The translations under genes and the position numbers were made by a program. Shown here in pieces: positions 28,601 through 40,426 of a stretch of 64,000 nucleotides of DNA. The stretch spans positions 7,120,213 through 7,184,212 of the forward strand of contig OZ234493.1 in the NCBI GenBank assembly GCA_965153455.1. The letters run 5' to 3'. The notes under the pieces were generated by a model. That model did not search any database. It had not been told where the DNA came from and was given only the letters and a program-made list of their open reading frames with translations. The DNA is from Sphagnum compactum. Taxonomy: Eukaryota. The first letter of the stretch is position 1. Every line of letters starts with the position of its first letter.

Positions 28601-31111
28601 TCAAGTGTTTGTCATTTCTTTTGCCTAAACATGTCTTTTTGAAAATCCTATTCTTTTTCTTTCAATTCAAACATCAATCACACATTGGTTTACTTCATAA
28701 ACCCTGCTTTGAAAAATTTCCCACTAGATTAAAACTAGTTGTTTGTTGGTCCAAGTTCAATCACACTTAGTTTAAACAAAAACTCATACCTACTAATAAT
28801 GGGAATGAAAAGTCTTGTGAAATAATTGCAAGAAAATCTTCAAAATACTATTTATTTGAAACTTGCATAGAAAAGATTATGTCCATGGTGTTTAGGAATA
28901 AACTATGCCAAACCATTTTTTCAACTTTTTATTCACCAAAAGTGGCAATTTTATGTAGATTTCTTAATTTTTAAATTATTATAATAATTATTATTCCAAG
29001 ATCTAGCAAAAATTCTCCATGCGCCGAAAAAGTCACTTTTGAAAAATGATGCAAAGGTGGATTTTTGTTTAAATTGTTATGAATATTTGTGCATGATTGT
29101 GAGTTTGGACACTTGGAGGGCCTCTTTTAAACCCCATGTCATGATGGTCAATGCAAGAACTTATATTACATACAAGGCACTAATAATAATATTCATTCCC
29201 TCTTCCCATATTTGGAAATAGCTATGCCCTAAACAATGTCTTAATTTTGAGAATTTTTTTATTTTCAATGATTATATCAATGTTACCATTTCAAAATGTT
29301 CAAATAAAGTTAACTTACTTAAATTGTTAAACAACAAAGCATTTCATTTTTTGAAAATTTTCTAACAAACTCACATTGCCACCTTGTGTACTTTGTTAAG
29401 TTTCATATTTTTGCTTTCATAGAGTTTAAATTTTACATAAAACCACTTTCCATGACATCATATTAATATTAACTTCTCAAATGTAGGGACATCTTACATG
29501 GTAGCTAAAATTTGTTTAACAACAAACATCTAAATTAACATGATCCTCCATTTGTGTGGCTTCTATCCAATCAAATATCAAATTCATCACCTACGTTATA
29601 TGTAACCTTAGTTAATAGCAATCACCTTTGATATATGTACATCAATTGAAAATATAAAATGGATTGCATTGACAATATCAAACCATGATAGTCATGTAAT
29701 AGTCTAATATCTCACATAATCATTGTTGAAGGTTTCAATATTATCCAATAGGGTTATCATTTCATTAAATCAATAATTCATTCCATAGCAATCAATGTTG
29801 AATTTTCTCAATTGTGAATTTAAGAACATAATAGTAAAATATTTAAACTCAATAAATTGAATAACTATTTTTTAAAATTTTATATTTGAAAAAAAAGGAA
29901 TATCTTTAATTACATGTTAGGGCAAGAGACTTTTAGTTGCCCTTGCTCCACAAAACTTGCCATGAAAACTTCTTACATACAATAAACCCCCTTTATAATC
30001 ATGCCCTTGGTGACCACTTTTTTTTTATGACACTAATGAATTGTGATTTAAATGTGTATGGTCACATTCCATATAAACTTTTATAAGATCGTGACTATAG
30101 GAAGAAAAAACCTTACCAAATAACCTTTTTATGCTAGAATAAAGGTGCCAATTGTTTAAATTTCCTACATGGGTTATTTTAAGCTTTACTATGCATTATT
30201 AGACTTGAAGAAGGTTGTGATTTCTACCTATTTTAATGTGATGATTTACATTGAGTTTGAGCTTGTTAACTATTAGCTTGTGTATTTTGTTGATTAATTT
30301 TTTTTAATTAGAATTTTCTGCTTTCTTAGCAAGTTTGCATATCTTTTGCTTGTTTGCACTAGAAAGTTGTTTTTTCTTTTCTTTTCAACTAAATTCATTG
30401 TTGTCAGTTTGCACAACTTGAACACAAAGCAACACGAATATTGCCAAAAGGAATTACAATTTACAAAACCTTAATATTTGCCCTACATATTCCTTCATTA
30501 TAGTCACGTTTGCAAAGAAAGCTTTGTAAATATTTTGTGCTACTAACGAATGTGATAGTGACTCTAAAAAGTGGTGTTTTTAATTAAAATGGATGGTTAG
30601 AAAAAAAAAAGTGTGACACAAACAAGAATGTGACTAAAAGGAGTGTTCACGATTATAAAGGGCTTTACTGTAATGACTTTATGTTGAATAAACCCGTGAT
30701 GGTGATGGTGAGGTTTAACAAGACCACTTTCAATCTCTGAGGAAATTAAGATAATATTTATTAGTACCATGGCAGCTTTGATGGGAGATATATTATTTTC
30801 AAAATTGTTGACATTTTTAATTTTCTTTTCAATGAACAAAAGTTTGTGAAGGAAAGTGGGAAATCTATTTCAAGGATATTTTAGTTTTCAACATGGAATC
30901 TTCAAAATAAAACGTTTTCTTGACACTAAAATGTTGAACTTGCCATGGTCCTACAATACGGATTCAACTTGTTTATATGACGGTACATCTTATATATAAT
31001 TACAACAGTGTGTCTATCCATTTGTCCGTCTGTCTGTCCGTCCAGGTGTCGATCTTGGTTTCAGGACCTCGACGGACGGACAGGACCAGGTCTTGAAATC
31101 GAAGTCCCTAG

Positions 31112-31491
31112 ATGGAAGAGGAGGACGACGACGACGAATGGCGACCGCAACAATTTTATCTAGATGTGATCAGCGTTGAAGAAGAGGGGGAATCCAGTGG
31201 CGGACCAACCCGGTTTCGCGGACGAGCTTCTTGCGCATTTCAATCAGCTTCCTACCAGGTCTGGGTTCTCTCTTCCTTCCTGTTTCTGCCGCTGCCCTTT
31301 CTGGGTTCCCTTTGCAAATTCGCATGTGTCAAGATCTTGGGTGCCTGCTAGAAATTCAAGGTTACAGACAGAGAGAGAGAGAGGGGATGTGTGAAGATCT
31401 TGGGTGGGTGGAAATTCAGAGAGAGAAAGAGAGACACACACACACACAGTGTGTGCGCGCGTGTGTGAATATCTTGGATGGGTGGAAATTC

Positions 31492-31526
<35 letters not shown>

Positions 31527-32330
31527 CAGAGATGGGTATAGGGTTACATTTTGGAGAGCTTGGGTGTAGTGGTGGGTGTCATTGCTGCTGCTCACGAGAA
31601 CCAAGCAATCACTGCTACACTCTTGCTGCTGTATGCCCTCCTGCAGATATGCGTTGGATGTAAACGCAGAGAGAGCAGAAGATGTGTTAACCCACAAGTC
31701 CTTGCTCCAAAATGCAAAGGATCCAGAGAATCGGCCAACTTTCCATGTGCGTGCAGTTCATGTATGTAAGCTTGTGTTTATTCTTCTTTTGTTCTCTTCT
31801 TGGTCTCTGCTTTGATTGATAGATTTCTGTGTAGATTTGCTTGATGATGTGCAGTGTGTAGATCTTTTGGATTCAGGGAGTTGTTGCCCACAAGACTAAT
31901 AGTAGTAGTAGTAGTAGCCTGATGGAAGGGAAGGAATGTGCTCCTTCTGGTGGTGACAGGTTCTTCCAGGTGAGGCACTCAAATCACCAAGTTCCAGTCC
32001 CCAGTCACAGGATGAGGAAGTTTCCAGTCGACCATTTTCTAAACTCAAGTAAGTCCTCTGTACAATATGAGCTATTTTCATTGTGATTTCATTCCTGCAA
32101 CGAACCATTGCTATATGCAGGCTTTTACTAAACTGAAGAAATTCCACTTGGGATGCCAAAGTGAACTAGCTGTTCATTTGGGTATGGCAGTTTTAAAGTG
32201 TCAGTGTCCAGAAATGTTTTTACTAACCCAAGTGCCATCCATGATGATGTGTACCGTTTGCACGCACCTCCAGCATTTGGATCTTCAGCCAATTTGGAGG
32301 CGTTAGCTATGGACTCCAACAAAGCTACAT
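31112..32330 (+). pseudogene. 5' fragment (4 exons with introns) of an STY8/17/46-type Raf-like ACT-domain kinase
   Basis: Exons 31112-31258, 31647-31761, 31960-32048 and ~32232-32330 give [50 protein letters not shown] and HAPPAFGSSANLEALA. Frameshift near 31172. No ACT or kinase domain was seen downstream. Confidence 0.85.
31368..31531. repeat. (GA)n/(CA)n microsatellites in the captured intron
   Basis: Visible runs. Confidence 0.85.
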
Positions 32331-32431
32331 CAACTTTGCATATGCCTTTATGAGTTCAAAGTGTTGGAGAGAAGATCATTCAGGAGACTTTGCTCCAACA
32401 CTTTGAACTCATAAAGGAATATGCAAAGTTG
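32331..32431. other. Hairpin, 39-bp stem (1 mismatch) and 23-nt loop
   Basis: CAACTTTGCATATGCCTTTATGAGTTCAAAGTGTTGGAG pairs with CTCCAACACTTTGAACTCATAAAGGAATATGCAAAGTTG. Confidence 0.9.
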
Positions 32432-33665
32432 GATCCCTCCTTGAAACTTTGAAGAGTTAGCAGATATTGACAAGCTGATTATAAATATTTTTCAAAGCAA
32501 AATGTCAGTCATGTGGGCACCCTACTCATACCCAACCATGAAACCCGTCAGTAGCCATTTCCAAGACTTGCTTGGTCTGTCTGTCCGTCCGTGACATGAC
32601 AAGAACTGGTTCCGAGTGAAGATTATTACTAATCTCATTTGTGTTGAGCTTAGCTAGCAACTTCAGAAGACTGCCTTCAGCGTAGAATACTGTGGATCCC
32701 ACTTGAATGAAACTGGCTTGCCTTGAGCAGCACCTAAGTTAGAATCAAGGAGTCAAAATGACACAATAGAAAAAAAAAAAAAAAAAAAACCCCCACAAAG
32801 CCCTTTTCAGTATTAATTAGTTGCACATAATTGGACCCCCAAAGTTCAATTTTATTTTGTTTCTTTCTGTGATGGGGGCATCCATGATTGGTCCATCACC
32901 CAAAATAATAATAATAATAATAATAATCAAGCTTTGGATAGTTCCAAGATAGATAACCCCATTGTAGTCTCCTCCTAGATTTCGTCGAAGGCCGGCTTTC
33001 CAATCAAGGAAGGACTGGGGTGGCTCTCGGAATCGCTGCTGGGTCTAAAATAAACACCACAAGCCTGGAAATTTGGGCCTGTACAGGACTGAAATGCAAG
33101 GGCTAAGTTTATTGTTGTTTCCGGCTTGTCTGTCTTTTCCGCCCATGACAAATTGTGTCAACCAAAACCCACCACCAAAAAAAAAAACAAAAAAACAAAA
33201 AGGGATGTCCAGGGATCTATTTTCCGGCCTTTAGTGGCCAATTTGGAACATATCCCACATGAAGAAGTCCAGTCCTTAATTTGCAACCCGATATCCATTG
33301 TTGCAAACTAAAGAGTTTCAAAAATTTGTTGGTGACCGGCCCCAGAACCCTCACAAAACTCTCTCTCTTAAGAAACATGGGTTCCAAGCAGCCTTTTCCT
33401 TGATGGTGAAATTCAAAAATTCAAATGATTTTAAAAGTGTTTTCAATAGCCAGAAGTGAGGGGAAAAATTTAGTAAAATTTGCCAGATTTTTTTGATTTG
33501 GTTTTTAGTCTATGGCCAAAAATATAGAAGGATGATTAAAGTTGTGTACTTCATATTTTGGTTTATAGCCAGATTTGTTCACCATGTATGTTTTCATTGG
33601 GAAATTTAAAAAAAAAAAAAAAAAAACAAAGGCTGCTTTGCGCCTTTGTGTGTCCCTCTTGGTTT

Positions 33666-34146
33666 AAAGAAACCAGGGGACTTCACAGTGTCCGAAGGTC
33701 ACGGGCACCCACTAAATATTTTTTCCGCCCTTTTTCGGCGGGCTGCCCAGGGGTTTTTTTTTTTCTCGCTGTGTAGGCGCCGAACCTACCCAGGGTTAAT
33801 ACCAGGTTTTTTTTTTTTTTCCCCGCCCTTTTCCGGCGAGCTGCCCAGGGTTAAACCCAGGGTTTTTTTTTTTTTTTTTTTTTTTTTTTTCGCCCTTTTC
33901 CGGCGGGTTCGCTGTGTAGGCGCCGGACCTGCCCAGGGTTAATACCAGGGGTTTTTTTTTTTTTTTTCCTCGCCCTTTTCCGACGGGCTGCCCAGGGTTA
34001 ATACCTGGGTTTTTTTTTTTTTTTTTTCCGCCCTTTTCCGGCGGGCTGCCCAGGGTTAATACCAGGGTTTTTTCTTTTTTTTTTCTCCGCCCTTTTCAAA
34101 GAAACCGGGGGACTTCACAGTGTCCGAAGGTCATGGGCACCCAATT
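33666..34146 (+). repeat. CGCCCTTTTCCGGCGGGCTGCCCAGGGTTAATACCAGG(T)n tandem array flanked by two ~48-bp direct repeats resembling Helitron 3' ends
   Basis: AAAGAAACC.GGGGACTTCACAGTGTCCGAAGGTCA.GGGCACCCA at 33666 and 34098; about 5-6 poly-T-separated units between them. Confidence 0.8.
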
Positions 34147-34692
34147 AAGGCACTGCACCCAATTGTCGTTCTGGCTGCGACCATTCACAAGAGACTGCCA
34201 CAAGTATTATTATATCAGAATTTGTTTTTTGGTCAGAATCTTTTGGGACCCATTTCTTCTTCATTCATATATGGTGAAGATACATTTGCATCATCTCTTG
34301 AGTGAGGCTGATCCTGTTGAGCTTGCTAAGCTTGATTTGGCTTCTGCTTGATTTGGCTTCTGTAAGTTGATCTATGACTACAGCTTTCATAACACATATT
34401 GCATTGCAATCTATCTGTAAAACTTGCTCAAGAATCAAAAAATCAAATCTGTTATAAGAAGTAGGTCAAGAATCAGACATCTGGTAATGGGTTGTCAAGA
34501 AGAATTGATGTTGTTGGTTGTGGCAATGCAGTAAGGAAAGAAGGAAGGAAGGAAGGAAAGAGAAAAAGAATTGATGTGGGTTGCAGCAATGCAGGAGGCA
34601 AGGAGGAGGAGGAGGAGGGGGTTGTCGGGTGGAGCTTCACACACATAATGGGTGTGGCTTAGGTGTGTCATGGTTCCCGGACTTTGTGCACA

Positions 34693-37600
34693 ATGCAGAG
34701 TGCTGAACAGCAGCAGGCAGTCAGGGAACGAGATGCCTCTGCCAGGCGTGCTGCTAGGGCAGCCCAGTCTGCTGAACAACAACAGGCAGTCAGGGAACGG
34801 GATGCCTCTGCCAAGCGTGCTGCCAGGGCAACCCAGTCTGTTGAACAACAACAGGCAGTCAGGGAACGGGATGCCTCTGCCAGGCGTGCTGCTAAGGCAA
34901 CCCAGTCTGCTGAACAACAACAGGCAATCAGGGAACGGGATGCCTCTGCCAAGCATGCTGCCAGGGCAGCCCAGTCTGCTGAACAACAACAGGTAGTTAG
35001 GGAACGAGATGCCTCTACCATGCGTGCTGCTAAGGCAGCCCAGTCTGCTGAACAATAACAGGCAGTCAAGGAACGGGATGCCTCTACTAAGCGTGTTGCC
35101 AGGGCAGCCCAGCCTGCTGAACACCAGCAGGCAGTTAGGGAACGGGATGCCTCTGCCACGCGTGCTGCCAGGGTAGCCGAGCCTTCTAACCAGCGACAAG
35201 CAACGAGGCGAGGGGCTCGCGCCCGGCGAGCTGGGAAGCAAGCCCTGCACACTGCGGATGAGGTGGAGGGGTTGGTGGTACACTCATTGGGTGCCATGTC
35301 ACATAAGTGCACACACTGCAATGCACTCCGCTTTCAGCACGAGAAAAAGCGCACCACTTTGTGTTGCGGCGGTGGCAAGATGTCTGGGTTGAGCAATGCT
35401 TTCCCCGCCCCTGCACCTCAGCCACTCAGAGATTTGCTCACCAGTGTGCCCAGTGAGCACCAGCCTTTGTCACCTACCACTAAGGATTTCAGGTTGAACA
35501 TTCGTGCATACAACTCTGCATTGCAGATGGCCTCAACGGGCCTACACATCCATTCCCCGGAACAAAGGATCAACATGATTGCCATCAAAGGGGCTGTGCA
35601 TCACTTGCTGGGGCCTTTGCAGCCTGCCGAGCATGATGTGCCACAATTCGCCCAGCTGTACATCATTGATTCCATGGATGCACAAGTCACAGCACGCCTT
35701 GCAGCTTTGGGTGCTACGGGCGCTGCTTTGCATCAGCCAACTTTGGCGGGGCTACAACAAATGTTGCATGATCAGAACACATTTGTGCAACGTTTCAAAC
35801 AAGTCATGGACATGCCCGCACACGACTTGCCTCAATGGGAAGTTGTCATCAGGGTCGACGACAACGTTGACAAGCGTCGCTACAATGCTCCTACCGCGCC
35901 CGAAGTGGCTGGGTTGCTGCCAGGTGAGGTTCTTCAGCAACGTGTGCTGATGTGCTGTTTGTTTGTTGCCATCGATCACTTGATGCAATGTTCCTCATTC
36001 GTTGACATAAATGTTGGTGTTCCTCCACAGGTGGCGGTGACGAACCGGTTACAGGCAGGGACATCAGAGTGCGTGCACGCGGCGGCGAGCTATGGAGGAT
36101 TAGTGACTTGCACCCTGCTTACGATCCGCTGCACTTTGTGTTGTTCCATCCTCATGGTGAGCTCGGTTGGCAGCCATACATGCCCCATGCTACTGTTGCC
36201 CCTGTCAGCCCACCACAACCTCCACAGGATGATGGCAACGAGGAGGAAGGTGATGTTAAACATGTTGCAACAGATGCACGACCAGCACAACCTGCACAAC
36301 GCAAAAAAATCACTGCACGGGAGTGGGCTTGCTATCACATGCACGATAGGAACCCGGCATCGCACGCCCTCTTTGTGTATGGCAAACGTTTGTATCAAGA
36401 GTGGGGTGTTGACCAATACAGCAAAGTGGAATCACAACGACTGTTTTACATACGCAACAACCAGGGCCCTTTGCGTGCTGCAATTTATGGTGGCGTAGCT
36501 GATGCTATTGCCAATAACGACGCCAACATCGACAACCTGGGCAGGCTCATTGTATTGCCATCTTCATTCACTGGTGGACACCGACACATGGCTCAATTGT
36601 ACCAAGATTCCATGGCCATTGTCCGCCAATATGGCAAGCCTGATTTGTTCATCACCATGACCTGCAACCCTAAGTGGGAAGAGATTGTCAGTGCGCTGAA
36701 GCCCGGCGAGATTGCCAATGACCGCCCTGATTTGGTCACATGTGTTTTTGTTGGGAAATTACAGCATTTGCTGGACAGGCTTTTGAAGAAGGGCATTTTT
36801 GGCGAGGTGGTGGCTAACATTCATGTCATTGAGTGGCAGAAGAGAGGCCTGCCCCATGCACACATTCTGCTCATTCTGCACTCCGATCACAAACCACGAG
36901 GGCCCGATGAATACGACCGCATGGTGTCTGCAGAGTTGCCTGATAAGGATGCACACCCCACTCTTTTCGAGGTCGTTACAAGATGCATGGTGCATGGCCC
37001 CTATGGCACCGTCAACCCACATTGCACTTGCATGGTTGACGGTGTTTGTTCAAAAGGCTACCCTAAGGCCTTCACAGAGCACACCACCGACACCACCGGC
37101 TCCTACCCAACATACCGCCGTCGGGATGATGGCCGCACATTTGAACGGTAAGTGTGCTAGCAGTAGGACCATGCATTTGGACTGACAACATGCACGACTA
37201 TGCTGCCATGTTTGCATTTATTGACCTGTGGCACCGCTCACGTAACAATTGATGTTTGGCTGCTATTGCTGCAGGGGTGGGTTTGCCTTTGACAACCGTT
37301 GGGTGGTGCCCTACAACCCGTACCTGTCCCTGTTCTTCAACTGCCACATCAACGTGGAGGTCTGCACCTCTATCGCGGCTGTCAAATACCTCTACAAGTA
37401 CGTCTACAAGGGCCACGACCGTGCACAGGTAGACGTTGGCCCGGTGGACGCTGCTGCACCTGATGGCGTTGCGCCCGCTCAGCCATGCATGTGGGATGAG
37501 ATCAAGATCTACCAAGACGGTCGGTATGTGTCGGCTTCTGAGGCCATCCACCGTCTGTATGGCTTTGATCTGCACAAGGAGCACCCCAATGTCGTTCGGC

Positions 37601-40035
37601 TTGCTGTGCACTTGAAAGGGCGTCAGACCATCCTGTTTCAAGAGGGCACTGATGCTGCGGCCATACTTAACCGGAACCCTCACACAACTTTGACTACATG
37701 GTTTGCATTTAACAAAATAGCACGGGAGCATCTCAATCCATCTGCACCATTGCGCTTGGCTTTCAACACGCTTTACCATGACTTTCCACACATTGCCACA
37801 TGGAAAAAGAAGGAAAAGCAATGGGCACTCCGCACACGGACGCCAGGTCTGCTGCCTGTCGGCCGCATGTATTTTGTGCAACCCTCCGAGGGGAGAGGTA
37901 CTTCTTGCGTCTTTTGCTACATCACGTGCCTGGGGCTACGTCTTTTGAGGACCTAGCATGCACCAACAGGCACTTGCAACATCCCACGTAGCACGCATCT
38001 TTCAAAGAAGCATGTCTGCAGCATGGTTTATTACAGGACGATGCTGAGTGGGCCCAGTGCATGGAAGAGGTTGCAAACATGGCCAGTGCCTCATGTCTCA
38101 GGGCACTGTTTGCTGCCTTGCTGGTGTTCAATGATGTTGCAAACCCATTAGCTCTGTGGGAGCGCTTCAAGGAAGACATGGCAGAAGACTTTCTGTATCA
38201 AGCACACCAGGTTGGTGCTCAGCTCTGCCCGTGTATGGCTCTGCATGTCAGCCTGCCTTGCGGTTTTGCATGGTCATGGTTTGCATGTTGTGCGGCGCTC
38301 AATGTTCACTATGTCGTGTGTGTGCTCCTATAACGTGCAGGGCGAGCCAGCGCGGCAACTCGATGCTGCCATCCGGGACATGGTGCTGCGGGAGTTGGCG
38401 CTACACTTGGCACACCTCAACAGCAGCCAAGCCTTGGCAGCATTTGGCTTGCCGACGCCTACGGCCCAACCTGCCAGTGCTGTGGTGGCAGACGAAATTA
38501 CCAGGTATGATGTGGCAACGCAAGCAACCATACAAGATGAGCGCGTGCCGCAACTTAACCCTGAGCAACGGGCTGTCTATGACAATGTCATGGCCGCTGT
38601 CGACCGCCGTGCATTTTTTGTCGATGGCCTTGGCGGCACTGGCAAAACCTTTCTCTATAGTTGCTTGTTGAGCATCGTGCGCGCACAGGGTCGGGTCGCT
38701 ATTGCTGTGGCATCGTCTGGCATTGCTGCATTGCTGCTGGACGGAGGACGCATTGCACACTCACGTTTCAAGATCCCTGTGCAAGGCCTCAACATCACGT
38801 CCACATGCTACATCAGTAGGGACTCCGAGCTGGCAACACTTTTGCAAGCGGCTGCGCTCATTGTGTGGGATGAGGCTGTCATGATGCACAGGCATGTTTT
38901 TGAGGCTGTCAACAGGTCTTTGCAGGACATCATGGCTGTCATTAACCCAGCATTCAAGTTCCTGCCCTTTGGCGGCTTGGTTGTGGTGTTTGGTGGCGAT
39001 TTTCGGCAAATTTTGCCTGTTGTGCCTCGCGGCACCAGGGGAGATGTTGTCGGTGCAGCTTTGAACCGTTCCAGCATATGGCAACATGTGCGTGTATTCA
39101 AGCTGCACACCAACATGCGCGTGCAGAGGTTGTTGGCTCAGGGTGGCGCGCATGCACAGGTAGATGCCACACGGCTGCAGGCATTTGTTGATTACTTGCA
39201 ACATGTGGGGGAGGGCGCAGAGCGCGTGTATCCCTCTGTTGGTGAAGACTCCATTCTTATTCCTCATGACATGTGCTGCAATGGCCCTACTGTGGCAGAT
39301 TTGATTGAAGAAGTGTATGGCGCTCTGTCATCTATTGTTGAGTATGCTGCAAGATCTACATACATCATTGAGCGTGCAATTCTTACACCTTTGAACGAAG
39401 ATGTGGATGCACTCAATAAACTCATCAATGACAAATATGCATTCACAAAGCACGATGGCTCGCCCGCACAGCACCGCGTGCATTACAGTGCGGATTCTGT
39501 GGTGCATGGGGAGCAACATGGCATTTACCCCACTGAGTTCTTGAACACACTCAGTTTTTCGGGCGTACCACCCCATGAACTGCACTTGCAGGAGGGTTGT
39601 CCCATCATATTATTACGCAACATGACCAACAGCCTTGCTAATGGTACCAGGCTCATTGTCATTCAATTCATGCAGCATGTCATTGAAGCAGAGGTGGCAA
39701 CAGGTCCTGCAAAGGGCCAACGAGTGTTCATTCCACGGTTAAGCATCACACCTTCAGACACTGAACGAATGCCTTTCACTTTGCGCTGTCGGCAGTTCCC
39801 TGTGCGCCCTGCATTTGCCATGACCATCAATAAGGCGCAAGGGCAGACATTGAAGATGGTCGGCATTTTTCTGCCCAAGCCTGTATTTACACATGGCCAG
39901 TTGTATGTGGCCATGTCGCGCATTGGGTGCCCTGAGGGCGTGAAACTGTTGGTTACGGATGGGTGGGAGGATGCTCATGAAGATGCACTTGCCGGTGTGT
40001 ACACTCGCAATGTTGTTTACACAGAGGTGTTGTAA
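34693..40035 (+). pseudogene. Helitron Rep/Pif1 helicase (RepHel), 4 exons, three lesions
   Basis: Introns 35924-36030, 37148-37274, 38211-38340. Cys motifs CTHC..CCGGG; Rep motifs FITMTCNPKW, EWQKRGLPHAH, KYLYKYVYKGHD; Pif1 motifs GLGGTGKT, WDEA, GGDFRQILPV, FAMTINKAQGQT, HGQLYVAMSR. Lesions: TAA at 35056, 1-bp frameshift near 37890, TAG at 37989. AATAAA at 40051. Start codon uncertain. Confidence 0.95.
34696..35178 (+). repeat. 7 x 69-bp coding tandem repeat (23 aa, QSAEQQQAVRERDASARRAARAA)
   Basis: Units start at 34696, 34765, 34834, 34903, 34972, 35041, 35110; in frame with RepHel. Confidence 0.95.
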
Positions 40036-40111
40036 CATGATCGTGCAGACAATAAAGCTTAACAGAGCGTTCGGGGTGGCTAGAGTGGCGTAGCCACGGG
40101 TTACCCACTAG

Positions 40112-40421
40112 ATAATTACAAACATGGTGTCTGTCCGTCCATCTGTCCGTTTTTACCTTTTCGAAGTTACCTTCCTTTACATAATTTACCTAAGTTACTT
40201 TTTACTGAGCGGTAGTTAAGAAGTTATTGAGCGGCAGCAGGGGGGGGCTAGCAGGGGTGGGGCGGGCCAGCAGGGGGGGGGCAGCAGGGGGGGCCAGGGC
40301 GGGAAAGGACCGGACGGGGGAGTGAAGGGAGGTGTTTTTTTTTTTTTTCGTTTTTTTTGGGTCCTCCCTCCTTTTCTTGGGGGTGGCTGGAGTGGCGTAG
40401 CCACGGGTTACCAACCACTCG
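40112..40421 (+). mobile_element. Truncated mini-Helitron with G-run-rich core
   Basis: Starts ATAATTACAAAC..TGTCTGTCCGTCC (5'-end motif lacking TCTTATAT); ends with the GGGTGGCTGGAGTGGCGTAGCCACGGGTTACC motif and CTCG. Confidence 0.65.
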
Positions 40422-40426
40422 AAGAA

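Larger units (their letters stand above)
30988..40111 (+). mobile_element. Putative composite Helitron
   Basis: Left end A|TCTTATATATAATTAC..(GTCY)n, similar to the end at 40427. Right end is a GTGGCTA-n8-TAGCCAC hairpin followed by CTAG at 40108-40111, 73 bp after the RepHel stop. The left boundary is inferred. Confidence 0.7.

Noticed and set aside
25850-30900. Possible decayed transposase fragments
   Set aside because: Too degenerate to support a family call
33716-34097. Repeat-spacer appearance resembling a CRISPR array
   Set aside because: The spacers are poly-T runs rather than unique sequences, there are no cas genes, and the context is eukaryotic
34495-35321. 262-aa and 217-aa minus-strand ORFs
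   Set aside because: Antisense shadows of the 69-bp repeat; the + frame is the one continuous with RepHel
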